A DNA stretch of 53,699 bases, from positions 1 to 53,699 of IMG/VR virus record IMGVR_UViG_3300046720_000004. The stretch is one strand, 5' to 3'. Below the pieces are notes generated by a model. The model made no database searches, had not been told where the DNA came from, and saw nothing but the letters and a program-made list of their open reading frames with translations. Below are positions 26,834 to 35,674 of this stretch, in pieces; positions within the stretch are counted from its first letter, which is position 1; every line of letters begins with the position of its first letter. A program made the position numbers and the translations under genes. This DNA comes from a virus. Taxonomy: Duplodnaviria; Caudoviricetes.

Positions 26834-26905
26834 GGTGTACGTACAAGAACCTTGGGAAAGGGGGTTGTGGTGTACGTACAGAACGCGCTAAGGTGTACGT
26901 ACACC
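26834..26905. promoter_or_regulatory. Three palindromic operators TGTACGTACA
   Basis: Copies at 26836, 26871 and 26894 in the divergent intergenic region. Confidence 0.8.
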
Positions 26906-26925
26906 AGCAACTAGGGGAGTAGGTC

Positions 26926-27465
26926 ATGGCGCGTCAGCAGTGGTGGACCCTCAGCAAGCAGGACATGACCGAGCGCGCCGCCACCCTCGGCCACACCCTC
27001 ACCTGGAAGCGCCTCCCCCGCCCGACGAAGGACCACGCCCTCGTCTTCGAGGGCACGTGCGCCGACTGCGGTGCAACCGTCCAGATCGGCCGCACCTGGT
27101 CCTCATGCGGGACCATCCGCAACGCCCGCGACGAAACATGCTCCGGGCCCGGCACCACGGTCCTCACCGAAATCGAGCAGGGGCGTGCCAGCGAGCTGTT
27201 CGCCGAAGCGGTCGGTGAGTACGTCCAGGACCTCGCGGACGCCGGTATCACCTTCGCCCGTCCGAAGGCGCCGTTCCGCAACCCGCTCGCCCCGGAGGGC
27301 GAGTGCGGCGTGATGAGCCGCGACGGCTACACCTGCACCCGCCGCCTCAACAAGCGCGGCACCCACAACGGCAACGAATGGGGCGGCCCGCACGGGCACG
27401 TCGGCACCCACCCCGACGACGACTTCACCAACCCGTTCGACGACGACGCCGTGCTCTACGCCTGA
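26926..27465 (+). CDS. Hypothetical Zn-binding protein
   Basis: GGGGAG RBS; CADCG, ECG...CTR...H. Confidence 0.65.
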   Translation: MARQQWWTLSKQDMTERAATLGHTLTWKRLPRPTKDHALVFEGTCADCGATVQIGRTWSSCGTIRNARDETCSGPGTTVLTEIEQGRASELFAEAVGEYVQDLADAGITFARPKAPFRNPLAPEGECGVMSRDGYTCTRRLNKRGTHNGNEWGGPHGHVGTHPDDDFTNPFDDDAVLYA

Positions 27466-27489
27466 CAGTGATGATGTGAGTGGTGGTTC

Positions 27490-27680
27490 TGCTGATGCGT
27501 CTGACTCGCCGTCTGACTGACGTCTTCGACTGTCCTGTTTGGGATTTGTCGGCGCGTCGGCGGGGCCACCACGCACGCGGCCGGACGGGCGCTTGTGACT
27601 TCATAGGAGCTTGGTCAAGAAGCCCCGTCACTGTCTTGTCCACCCGCCCGACCGGCGCGTGCCGCCCTCGGCTCGGACAA
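27490..27680 (+). ncRNA. Putative bridge/seek RNA of the IS110
   Basis: Contains CATAGGAGC (identical to the right end) and TCACTGTC (reverse complement of the left-junction GACAGTGA). Confidence 0.55.
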
Positions 27681-27695
27681 GCGGCAAGGACGGAC

Positions 27696-28781
27696 ATGAC
27701 CAGCATGACGCACGACAGCCCGGAGATCACCGGCGGAGTCGACACCCACGGCCTCACCCACCACGCGGCGGTGATCGACTCCATCGGCCGGCACCTGGCC
27801 GACCGGGAGTTTCCCGCCTCCATCCGCGGCTACCGGGACCTGCTGGACTGGATGCGTTTGCATGGCGCCCTGGCCGCGGTGGGTGTGGAGGGCACCGGCG
27901 CCTACGGGGCCGAGCTCGCCCGGGTGCTGACGGCGGCCGGGGTGGCGGTCGTCGATGTGGACCGCCCGGACCGCAAGACCCGGCGGATGAAGGGCAAGTC
28001 CGACCCGATCGACGCCTACGCCGCAGCGACGGCTGTGCTGTCCGGCCGGGCCACCGGTATCCCCAAGAGCCGGGACGGTGTGGTCGAGGCGGTGCGGGTG
28101 CTGCGGATCGCGCGTCGCAGCGCGGTCAAGGCCCGCACCCAGGCCATGAACCAGATCCGGGGCCTACTGGTGTCCGCACCCGCGATGCTGCGCGAACAGG
28201 TCGCGGGCCTGGAGCGGGCCGCGCTGATACGCACCCTGGCCCGGCTTCGGCCCGGACAGGACCTGTCCCGTCCGCTGGCCGCGACCCGGGCGGCGCTGCG
28301 CCGCCTGGCCCGCCGCCACCAGGCGATGGATGAGGAGATCACCGAGCTGGACGCGGAGATCGGCCCGCTGACCCAGCAGGCCGCCCCCGCGCTGCTGGAG
28401 CTGTTCGGCGTCGGTGCGGAGACCGCCGGCCAACTGCTGGCCTCGGCCGGGGACAACCCGGAACGGATGCGGTCCGAGGCCGCGTTCGCGCACCTGGCCG
28501 GGGTCGCACCCATCCCGGCGTCCTCCGGCCGCACCCACCGCCACCGCCTCAACCGCGGCGGCGACCGGGCCGCGAACAACGCCCTGCACACCATCGTGCT
28601 GGTCCGCATGCGCTACGACGAGCGCACCCGCGTCTACGTCGAACGGCGCACCAAGGAAGGGCTGTCCAAGAAGGACATCATGCGCTGCCTCAAGCGATTC
28701 GTCGCCCGCGAGGTCTACCGAGCACTGACCACCACACCAACAGCACGAACCACTCAAACCGACCTCGCTCCTGCGGCTTGA
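27696..28781 (+). CDS. IS110 DEDD transposase/recombinase
   Basis: GGVDTH, GVEGTGAYG, KSDPIDA, P.PASSG, RLNRGGDR.AN.AL. Confidence 0.95.
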   Translation: MTSMTHDSPEITGGVDTHGLTHHAAVIDSIGRHLADREFPASIRGYRDLLDWMRLHGALAAVGVEGTGAYGAELARVLTAAGVAVVDVDRPDRKTRRMKGKSDPIDAYAAATAVLSGRATGIPKSRDGVVEAVRVLRIARRSAVKARTQAMNQIRGLLVSAPAMLREQVAGLERAALIRTLARLRPGQDLSRPLAATRAALRRLARRHQAMDEEITELDAEIGPLTQQAAPALLELFGVGAETAGQLLASAGDNPERMRSEAAFAHLAGVAPIPASSGRTHRHRLNRGGDRAANNALHTIVLVRMRYDERTRVYVERRTKEGLSKKDIMRCLKRFVAREVYRALTTTPTARTTQTDLAPAA

Positions 28782-28879
28782 CATCCATAGGAGCATCCCC
28801 GCACCAACCCCGGCCCCGCCCTTCGCCGGGCGGGGCGCCCACCGCCCGCCACCCCTACCGCCCGCGAAGGACCACCCCC

Positions 28880-29023
28880 ATGGACGTGTACGAGATCACC
28901 GAGGACGACGCCAACCAGGACATCGCCGAAACGCTGATGTGGGCCGCGTCCGAGGGCAAGCCCCTCGTGGTCACCCTCACCGACGGACGCGTGGTGCACC
29001 TCGTCCCGAGCGCCGCAACCTGA
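28880..29023 (+). CDS. Small hypothetical protein
   Basis: GAAGGA RBS; MDVYEITEDD... Confidence 0.55.
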   Translation: MDVYEITEDDANQDIAETLMWAASEGKPLVVTLTDGRVVHLVPSAAT

Positions 29024-29058
29024 CCAACCCGCACCACCGACCCGAGACGGAGCCCACT

Positions 29059-29334
29059 GTGACCGCCCGCCGTGACACCGCCTACACGACCGCCGCCCCG
29101 CAGGTGTGGATCCTGAGGAGCGGAGAAGACCACGAAGGCGGCGGCGTCCTCGGCGTCTACGCCACCAAGGACGCCGCGAAGAGTGCGTTCGTCGAGGCCG
29201 CCCAATCCATCGCCTTCGACCTCGACGCGGTGTGGCAGGACGAAGACATCGGGGCCGTACACGCCCACGGCGGCTGCGACTGGGTGTCCCTCGAACCTCA
29301 TGAGGTCATCGGCCTGCCGCAGCTCACCCCCTGA
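29059..29334 (+). CDS. Hypothetical phage protein
   Basis: VWIL..GED.EGG.VLGVYAT...A motif. Confidence 0.6.
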   Translation: MTARRDTAYTTAAPQVWILRSGEDHEGGGVLGVYATKDAAKSAFVEAAQSIAFDLDAVWQDEDIGAVHAHGGCDWVSLEPHEVIGLPQLTP

Positions 29335-29368
29335 CGCCCGACCACCACCACCAGGAAGGAGGTGCCCC

Positions 29369-29833
29369 GTGGACTGGAGGCACCGCGCGGAATTGAATAT
29401 CGGTGATCACGAACAACCACTGCGGAGGCGTCACCGCCGCGGACTAGACCTTACCGGGATTGTCAACGAGAAGTTTGCTGACCGGTTCTGGTCCAAGGTC
29501 GATCGCGCCGGCAATTGTTGGGAGTGGGTGGCCCACTGTAAGCCCAATGGTTATGGCCAGTTCACAGTCAGCAAAGGCCTGTTCTACGGCGCCCATGCAG
29601 TCAGCTACGCACTGGCATACGGCGCCATACCCCCGAACATGAGTATCTGCCACCACTGCGACAACCCCCCTTGCGTCAACCCTGACCACCTCTTCATGGG
29701 GACCCAGTCAGACAACGCGTTCGACATGCTCGCAAAGGGCCGGGCCAATCGCTCAAGGGGCGAGGACGAGCGGCGGCGGCTCCGGCGCTCCCGGCAGCCA
29801 TCCCGCCAGCGGCCCCGCACCAACACCGCATGA
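29369..29833 (+). CDS. HNH endonuclease domain fused in frame between WhiB-like termini
   Basis: AAGGAGG RBS; MDWRHRA...; RFWSKVD..G.CWEW...GYGQF...AH..SY...CH.CDNP.CVNP.HL..GT..DN; ...EDERRRLRR. Confidence 0.7.
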   Translation: MDWRHRAELNIGDHEQPLRRRHRRGLDLTGIVNEKFADRFWSKVDRAGNCWEWVAHCKPNGYGQFTVSKGLFYGAHAVSYALAYGAIPPNMSICHHCDNPPCVNPDHLFMGTQSDNAFDMLAKGRANRSRGEDERRRLRRSRQPSRQRPRTNTA

Positions 29834-29891
29834 CCCACCGCCCCGCCCGGCGGTGCGCCGGGCGGGCACCCGACACGGCAGGAAGAACCCC

Positions 29892-30395
29892 ATGACCGAC
29901 AGCCCGAACCGCGACCGGCTCCACGCCCACCTGTACGACGCGATCGACGCCTTCCAAAGGACCACCAAACTGCCCGGCCTCCAGCACGCCCAGATGCGCG
30001 GCCACCTCGCCGACCACCTCGCCCGAGTGCTCGACGCTGAGCCCGAGCGGGACGCATGCCCGTCCCGTTTTTCCGCCACCCCGGCCGAGATCGACCGATG
30101 GATGCGCGAGCACTTCGCCGAGGACGCCTACCTGCGCTACCAGCAGGCCATCGGTAGGCGGGCCGTCGAAGATGCCGTTGAGGACGCGCAGGTGGTCCGC
30201 CGCCAGGCCGACAACGAGGGCCTGAACAATGCGGCCTGGCGGGAGGGCTGGGATGACGCCATCGACCGCATCGACCCGGACCGCACCGGCGACCCGTACC
30301 CGTCAGTGCTCCAGTGCTCCCGGCACAACGGCTTCGGGGACTGCCCCGGCGCGCCGTGGTGCACACCCGGGCAGGACACGCCGCCCGGCCCTTGA
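29892..30395 (+). CDS. Hypothetical protein
   Basis: MTDSPNRDRLHAHL...; strong GC3 bias. Confidence 0.6.
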   Translation: MTDSPNRDRLHAHLYDAIDAFQRTTKLPGLQHAQMRGHLADHLARVLDAEPERDACPSRFSATPAEIDRWMREHFAEDAYLRYQQAIGRRAVEDAVEDAQVVRRQADNEGLNNAAWREGWDDAIDRIDPDRTGDPYPSVLQCSRHNGFGDCPGAPWCTPGQDTPPGP

Positions 30396-30414
30396 CCGCC
30401 GCCCCACCCACGAC

Positions 30415-30444
30415 GAGGCCCCGCCGGATCTCCGGCGGGGCCTC
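30415..30444. terminator. Bidirectional terminator at the convergence of the plus-strand block and the early arm
   Basis: GAGGCCCCGCCGGA-TC-TCCGGCGGGGCCTC. Confidence 0.85.
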
Positions 30445-30467
30445 ACTGCTGGCGGCGCAAGGGCGGG

Positions 30468-30953
30468 TCAGGCTGGCGCCGCCAGCCACTCCGGGGTGAG
30501 CCGCCACCCGTCGGCCGTAGCCGCCAGATGCCGCTCATACAGCTCCCGGATCGCAGCCTCACCCACCGACCGGCCCCCCGTCCTGGCCCGCTCCGCGTCC
30601 CGCCGGATGCACTCCTCCAGCGGCACCCCGGTCAAGTCATGCACCACCCACACGACGGTGCGGGCGAACACGTCACGGAGTCGACCCGGCCCGAACGGCG
30701 TGAGGTGGGTGTTGTCCACCACCAGGTCATAGCCGCCCTCAATGCACGCCAGGATCGCGGCGTCCTGGACGCGCACGGCTGTCCGCTCGTGCTCCCGGCT
30801 CCACGGCTGCCCGGGGTCGAGCATCGCCCGAATGTCGTCGAGGTTGACCCGCCGCACACGGCCGCCGGACTCGGCGACGAGCCGCCGGGCGACGGTGGTC
30901 TTACCGGACGCGGGGAGCCCGGTGGTGAGATGCACGGTGCGCGGCTCAGGCAT
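30468..30953 (-). CDS. P-loop kinase (polynucleotide kinase/PseT N-domain-like)
   Basis: GLPASGKTT, VNLDDIR, VVDNTHL, PLEECIRRD..R. Confidence 0.85.
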   Translation of the reverse strand: MPEPRTVHLTTGLPASGKTTVARRLVAESGGRVRRVNLDDIRAMLDPGQPWSREHERTAVRVQDAAILACIEGGYDLVVDNTHLTPFGPGRLRDVFARTVVWVVHDLTGVPLEECIRRDAERARTGGRSVGEAAIRELYERHLAATADGWRLTPEWLAAPA

Positions 30954-31218
30954 CGACGTCCTCCCCGCTGCCGTCGTCTGTGATGGTGCACTCCGGGTGG
31001 GGGTGAACTTCCTCGCCGTTCTCCTCGTAGCAGAGTCCGCAGTCGAGGAGCCGGTCGATGTGCTTGGTCCAGTTCTTGTTGAGCCCGCATAGCAGGCACC
31101 ACGGGTTCGGCCCGTCGGGGATGTACCGGTGCCGGGCGTCTTGGGCGTCGCCAGCGGTGCCGTCGATCCCAGCAGCCCGCCGGGCAGCATCGCCCCGGTC
31201 CTGGAAGTCGGTCATCAC
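30946..31218 (-). CDS. Small Cys/His protein
   Basis: CLLCG, CGLCYEE.GEEVHPHPEC. Confidence 0.6.
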   Translation of the reverse strand: MMTDFQDRGDAARRAAGIDGTAGDAQDARHRYIPDGPNPWCLLCGLNKNWTKHIDRLLDCGLCYEENGEEVHPHPECTITDDGSGEDVDA

Positions 31219-31739
31219 CAGTTCCCCTTGAAGTGCGGGGCGTTGGCGCTGAGGTACTGGTTATCGTGCAGCGGGCGAGCGCGTACCCATGCGGTGCGGG
31301 GGTGGAGTGTGCGGGGCGCGTAACAGTGATGGCAGATCCAGCACCTCCATCCCTTCGGCTGCCAGTGGTGGGGGCCGACGTCGTTCGACTGGTCGGGCTT
31401 GGGGATGATTTGGTCGATCTCGGCAGCCGCCGTGTCAGCGGGCTTGTCGTCCAGGTACGCGGGTGCCCACCGGCGTAGGGCGTCGTACCAGGACCATCCC
31501 TCAACAGCGGGAAGCAGATCCTCGCCGACGTACTCGCGGGTGAGGCGGAGAGCTTCAGCGAGCTCTCGCACGGCCGGGGAGCGCTCGGCATCCTCCGCGT
31601 CCCGCTGCTCGTTGTCGGCCATGTCGACGAAGGGGCGCAGTCGGGCGACTTCGGCGCGGGCGTGCCGGAGTTCGTTCAGGGCGGTGGCGAGGTCGGTGGG
31701 CTCGGCGTCCGGCGCCATGCGGTCGGGTGTGTCGGTCAT
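31215..31739 (-). CDS. Hypothetical phage protein
   Basis: Coiled coil, LTREYVG..LLP..EGWSWYDAL, CWICHHC. Confidence 0.6.
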   Translation of the reverse strand: MTDTPDRMAPDAEPTDLATALNELRHARAEVARLRPFVDMADNEQRDAEDAERSPAVRELAEALRLTREYVGEDLLPAVEGWSWYDALRRWAPAYLDDKPADTAAAEIDQIIPKPDQSNDVGPHHWQPKGWRCWICHHCYAPRTLHPRTAWVRARPLHDNQYLSANAPHFKGNW

Positions 31740-31742
31740 GGG

Positions 31743-32450
31743 TCAGTCCTCCGGGGTCTGGTCGAGTGCGGTGCCGGTCCCAACTCCAGGCCCGGTTTCG
31801 TTGGCATTGGCCTCGCGGGTGCCAAGTTCCGTTGGCTCGTCGAGGGCACGGATGGTCGGGCAGGGCCAGCGGACGGCCAGATCGACCGCGCCGCACTGGG
31901 CGCATGCCTGCGCGATGCGTCCGTAGGCGGCGGGGTTGGCGTCCGACTTCCAGCCCGCCCGGACGTCGGGGTCAGGCTGGTGCAGTTTCCGCACGCGGGC
32001 GATGGCGGCCTCGGCGGTCTGGCAGTCGTGGAGTTGACGCGCCTCCCGTTCCAGTTCGGCGATGCGTCGGTCACGGGCCCGGACTTCGCTCCACGCTTGG
32101 TTGACGCCGTCGTTGAGATCGGCGATGGCGGCGTCGTAGCCGGGGCCGTGGTGCGTGACAGCGTCGAGGAGACGCCGCAGGAAGGCCCGCGCGGGGACGC
32201 CTTCCCGCTGCCGCAGCGAGTCGGGCGGCCGGGCCGCCGCGGAATCGATAAGTTCGCTTCGCTGCCCCCGGGGTGTATCAGGTGCGAGTTCGCACCGCCC
32301 GGTGTAGGTGTGGCCCTCGGCGCACTCATCACCGCATGAGCTCAGCCGAGCGGTGACTGTGCAGCAGCCGCAGCGGGGCGGGCACGGACACTCGCGGTCG
32401 CTCGGCCGGGAGCACGCGCGCACGACCGGGGGCACATCGGGCACTCTCAC
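31743..32450 (-). CDS. Hypothetical phage protein
   Basis: CGDECAEGHTY..RC; AIARVR.LH...C..C...WPCPTIRAL. Confidence 0.55.
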   Translation of the reverse strand: MRVPDVPPVVRACSRPSDRECPCPPRCGCCTVTARLSSCGDECAEGHTYTGRCELAPDTPRGQRSELIDSAAARPPDSLRQREGVPARAFLRRLLDAVTHHGPGYDAAIADLNDGVNQAWSEVRARDRRIAELEREARQLHDCQTAEAAIARVRKLHQPDPDVRAGWKSDANPAAYGRIAQACAQCGAVDLAVRWPCPTIRALDEPTELGTREANANETGPGVGTGTALDQTPED

Positions 32451-32773
32451 CGCCCCACCTCCAGCGCCGCGTTACGGGCGGCGATCTTCGCGAGCTTGTT
32501 GTTCAGGACGTAGTCCGGGTTGCCGACGATGGAGGCGAGGGCGACCGCAGCGGTGACGATCACGTCGCAGAGTTCGTCCTGCACATCGGGATGGCTGTGG
32601 GTGACGCCCTTGCGCGGGTTCTGGCCCTGCACGCCGATCCACGCTTGGGCTACCTCCCCGACCTCTTCGGCGATCTTGAGTATGCGCAGGGTGATCTCGG
32701 CGTCGCTGCGGCCGTTGGACCGGTCCAGCCAGTCCACGAACGACCGGATCGTCTTCCACTGCTCGGGGGTCAC
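32447..32773 (-). CDS. MazG-like nucleotide pyrophosphohydrolase
   Basis: LKIAEEVGEVAQA.IG..GQNPRKG...DELCDVI. Confidence 0.85.
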   Translation of the reverse strand: MTPEQWKTIRSFVDWLDRSNGRSDAEITLRILKIAEEVGEVAQAWIGVQGQNPRKGVTHSHPDVQDELCDVIVTAAVALASIVGNPDYVLNNKLAKIAARNAALEVGR

Positions 32774-33006
32774 TTCTTCTCCTCGACGGTGAAGCTGATG
32801 ACGATCTCGCCATCGCGGACGTGGAACCGCAGGGCGTCATCGGGGAGCGAACCGACCGCGGGCAGGTCGCGGGCTTTCCAGTACGCCTGCTCGGCGGCCG
32901 CCCACGCCTTGCCGACTTCGGCGCCAGCGGCGCCCCAGGGTTCGGCGGCGGGAACGATCCACTCGCTGCGGGTAGAGGCGATCGTGCGGGTCGTGTATGT
33001 GGCCAT
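32770..33006 (-). CDS. Hypothetical protein
   Basis: Coupled; MATYTTRT...EWIVPA..PWGA. Confidence 0.65.
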   Translation of the reverse strand: MATYTTRTIASTRSEWIVPAAEPWGAAGAEVGKAWAAAEQAYWKARDLPAVGSLPDDALRFHVRDGEIVISFTVEEKK

Positions 33007-33169
33007 CAGGTGGTGTCCTTCGGGGTGTTGTTGCGGTGGGCGAGGTGCGCGCCCGCCCTCGCGGCCAGCTCCCGTATCCGTCGCCGCAGCAGCGCAGCCT
33101 CCTCCGGTGACAGGCGGCGGCGGGATGCGGCGTCAGCGAGGATCAGCGCCTGCTCGACACGCGTGGCGC

Positions 33170-33601
33170 TCACTGGTCCGCCTCCTCGGGCGGGCCGACG
33201 ATCCGGTAAGTCAGGCGGGTGCCGCCGCGGAGCCACAGCAGGTGCTCGGCGTCGGCCCGAGACCTGCAGAGCACCGCGATGGGGATCCACGCGTCGCGGT
33301 CCCGCATTTCCAGGTACCAGCGGTACCCGTCGAGGTGGTCGTGGCCGTCACGTCGGGCATACGTCGAGTCGCACCGGACCATGCCCCGGGCGCCGCACGT
33401 GCACTCGAACCAGGCGCAGGTTTGGGTGAACCTGATCGTGACCTGGTGTCCGTTCAGGACGGCGGTCCGCTCCCGCATCAGCCGGTCCGCGTGCTCGATC
33501 AGCCGTCCACGGGGCTCGGCGTGCTGGCGGTCGGTGTGCGGGATCCAGGCGCCGTTGGCGTCCCACGTCAGCGGCAGGTCACACTCCGGGCAATAGCTCA
33601 C
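33170..33601 (-). CDS. Zn-ribbon hypothetical protein
   Basis: CPECD, FECTCG; GTGA coupling. Confidence 0.55.
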   Translation of the reverse strand: MSYCPECDLPLTWDANGAWIPHTDRQHAEPRGRLIEHADRLMRERTAVLNGHQVTIRFTQTCAWFECTCGARGMVRCDSTYARRDGHDHLDGYRWYLEMRDRDAWIPIAVLCRSRADAEHLLWLRGGTRLTYRIVGPPEEADQ

Positions 33602-33954
33602 GGCTGCGCCTCCTCGCCGACGATTTGGCGGGCCACCGCGAGGGCGGGCGCGAGCCATGCCGCGTCCGGGCGGGACCGGCCCACGGACTCCGCCAGATCG
33701 GCGGTGTCCTCCAGCCACGCGGCTAGGGCCAGGCCCACGCCGGGGTGCATGGCCTCGATGTAGTCGGCGTTCGCCCCGTTGCTCATGGGCTCGTCCACGA
33801 CGTAAACGGGCGGCTCATCCTCGGCGCCGGGGCCGTTATAGAGCAGCCGGTCGCCGTGGTCGAGGGAGAGCCACGGGCCGGGGGTCAGTTCGGGATCGGC
33901 GAGCAGGGCGCGCAGCAGCGCGGCGGCCTGCCGAAGTTCGTCGGCCGCGGTCAC
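33598..33954 (-). CDS. Hypothetical phage protein
   Basis: ADELRQAA..LR...TPGPW...NADYI.AMHPGVG.ALA.WL. Confidence 0.65.
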   Translation of the reverse strand: MTAADELRQAAALLRALLADPELTPGPWLSLDHGDRLLYNGPGAEDEPPVYVVDEPMSNGANADYIEAMHPGVGLALAAWLEDTADLAESVGRSRPDAAWLAPALAVARQIVGEEAQP

Positions 33955-34066
33955 CGTCGCCCCCCGCGTATGCGCCCCAGCGCCCGGCGGCCGAGCGCCC
34001 ACACGGCGTACAGCACCACGGCGGCCAAGGGCAGCGTGGCGGGCAACGTGCCCCACACGCGGCCGC

Positions 34067-34351
34067 TCACCGGGCACCGCCAGCGGCGGGGGCGGAGTCT
34101 GCGTTGACGGCCGGGTACAAGTCCGGGAGCGCGAGGCAGGCGTCGATCACCTCGGCCAGGACTGCGCTGTCCTTCGGATGCGGCTCGCCCTTCGGGTGCA
34201 TGGTTCCGCGGACGTAGCCCATGACGGCGGCGTCTCGGATGAGCGCCCGCTCTCGGTCGGTGAGCGAGGCGAGAACGGCGTTCACCGCGTCAGCGCGGCT
34301 GGCGCGCTGCCTTTCCATGTAGCTGATCAGGAACTCGGGAAGATCAGGCAT
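34067..34351 (-). CDS. Hypothetical protein
   Basis: AAGGAG RBS; LTDRERALIRDAAVMGYVRG. Confidence 0.65.
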   Translation of the reverse strand: MPDLPEFLISYMERQRASRADAVNAVLASLTDRERALIRDAAVMGYVRGTMHPKGEPHPKDSAVLAEVIDACLALPDLYPAVNADSAPAAGGAR

Positions 34352-34407
34352 GATCGGTGCTCCTTCGGGTGTGGGGCCCCCGCCACGGCAGACGGGGGCA
34401 GGGGTGG

Positions 34408-34638
34408 TCAGAACTCCTCGGCGCGAAAGGCGTAGCCGGTCGGGTGCGTGACGGCCACGCCGAGGACGGCGTCCCGGACCTCGCGGCCGAACGTCAAGCC
34501 GTCGCAGCCGAAGGGGACGCCCTGGCCCGCCAGCGTCCGCAGCGCTGACATACCGACGGCCTCGCCGTCCGGCAGGGGCTCGGTGCTGGACTGGAACTGC
34601 GACCCGTCAGGGCGGGTGACGATCAGCCGGTAGGACAC
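34408..34638 (-). CDS. Hypothetical protein
   Basis: AAGGAG RBS. Confidence 0.55.
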   Translation of the reverse strand: MSYRLIVTRPDGSQFQSSTEPLPDGEAVGMSALRTLAGQGVPFGCDGLTFGREVRDAVLGVAVTHPTGYAFRAEEF

Positions 34639-34695
34639 GATCAGCTCTCCTTCTCGGGGTTGTGGTGCGGCTGCCGGGCGGGCGCACGGCAGGGG

Positions 34696-35253
34696 TCAGG
34701 GTGCGGGGTGGGCTGCGATGGCCTCGCGGACCGCGCGCACTGACGGCGCATCGTGGGTCGCCGGGTGCTGCGGTGTCCGCGCGAGCATCCGGCCGAACAG
34801 GCGCAGGCGCCCCGGCGGGCAGCCACGGGAATGCCACACCGCCTCATACCGCCACGTGTTGCCGCGGGCGTCAGCGAGCTCGCCGGGGGCCATGACACGG
34901 CCCACCTGCACGCGGACGAAAGGATCCCCCTCGCCGTCGTCGTCGGGTGGCGCCCAGTAGGCCTCGGCCTGCCAGCCGTGAGCCCGGGCGTGGGCGATCA
35001 GCTGCACCGCTGCCGCGGGCAGGGCGTAACCGTCGGGCGGGGTAGCGGTGATGGCGCGCAGCCGCGCGTCGAGGAGGGCGAGACGCGCCGTCTGCCGGGC
35101 AGTGCGGGCGCCACCAAGCCGGCGGAGCGTCATGTGGTCGGCGTACAGCCGCCGGTACTCAGCGGCCGGGGTCTCGGGCGTGCACGGCGGCGCGCCGAGG
35201 GCCTCGGCGTAGGCGTCGGTGAGCGGCACCGTGAGCGCCGCGGGTTCAGCCAC
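34696..35253 (-). CDS. Hypothetical protein
   Basis: AGGAGG RBS; coupled. Confidence 0.55.
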   Translation of the reverse strand: MAEPAALTVPLTDAYAEALGAPPCTPETPAAEYRRLYADHMTLRRLGGARTARQTARLALLDARLRAITATPPDGYALPAAAVQLIAHARAHGWQAEAYWAPPDDDGEGDPFVRVQVGRVMAPGELADARGNTWRYEAVWHSRGCPPGRLRLFGRMLARTPQHPATHDAPSVRAVREAIAAHPAP

Positions 35254-35674
35254 GAGGCACCTCCTGCCATGCGTTGACGGCGAGCCACGCGAGGACCGTG
35301 ACGGCCACGGCGAGCAGGGCGGCTGCGCCGAACACAGCCGCCCGCTGCAGGTCGTAGGCCCAGTGCGCGGCGGTCAGCAGCAGCTCGACCATGAACTCGG
35401 TGCCGGTCACTTGCGGCGGTCCTTCCGGTGGTGGATGCGGGCCTGCACACGCATGCCGCACGTGGCGATCAGGCAGAACACGGCGCCGATGAACGCGGCC
35501 GCGGGATTGACGGTCACGGGCGTCACCAGCCCGGCCGGTCGGGAGGCTTCGGGTTCGGCGGCACCGCACCCGTCAGCACCCTGACCACCGGGATGTGCGC
35601 CGCGCACACCAGCCCAGCGCCGAGGACAACCATCGGCAGGACCACGAGGGCGACCACCAGGGCCACGTGCCAGA

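Larger units (their letters stand above)
27466..28797 (+). mobile_element. IS110-family insertion sequence
   Basis: Transposase with a ~230-bp non-coding left end; right end TTGACA..CATAGGAGCATC; no terminal inverted repeats; left boundary uncertain by a few nt. Confidence 0.85.

Noticed and set aside
11426-30444. Self-contained AICE inserted in the phage
   Set aside because: No integrase, RepSA/prim-pol or flanking direct repeat was found by eye; not fully excluded without comparative data
30468-30953. Split PseT (kinase plus the HAD at 12015) RNA-repair system
   Set aside because: The genes are 18 kb apart, the HAD is not of the PseT type, and no RNA ligase is seen
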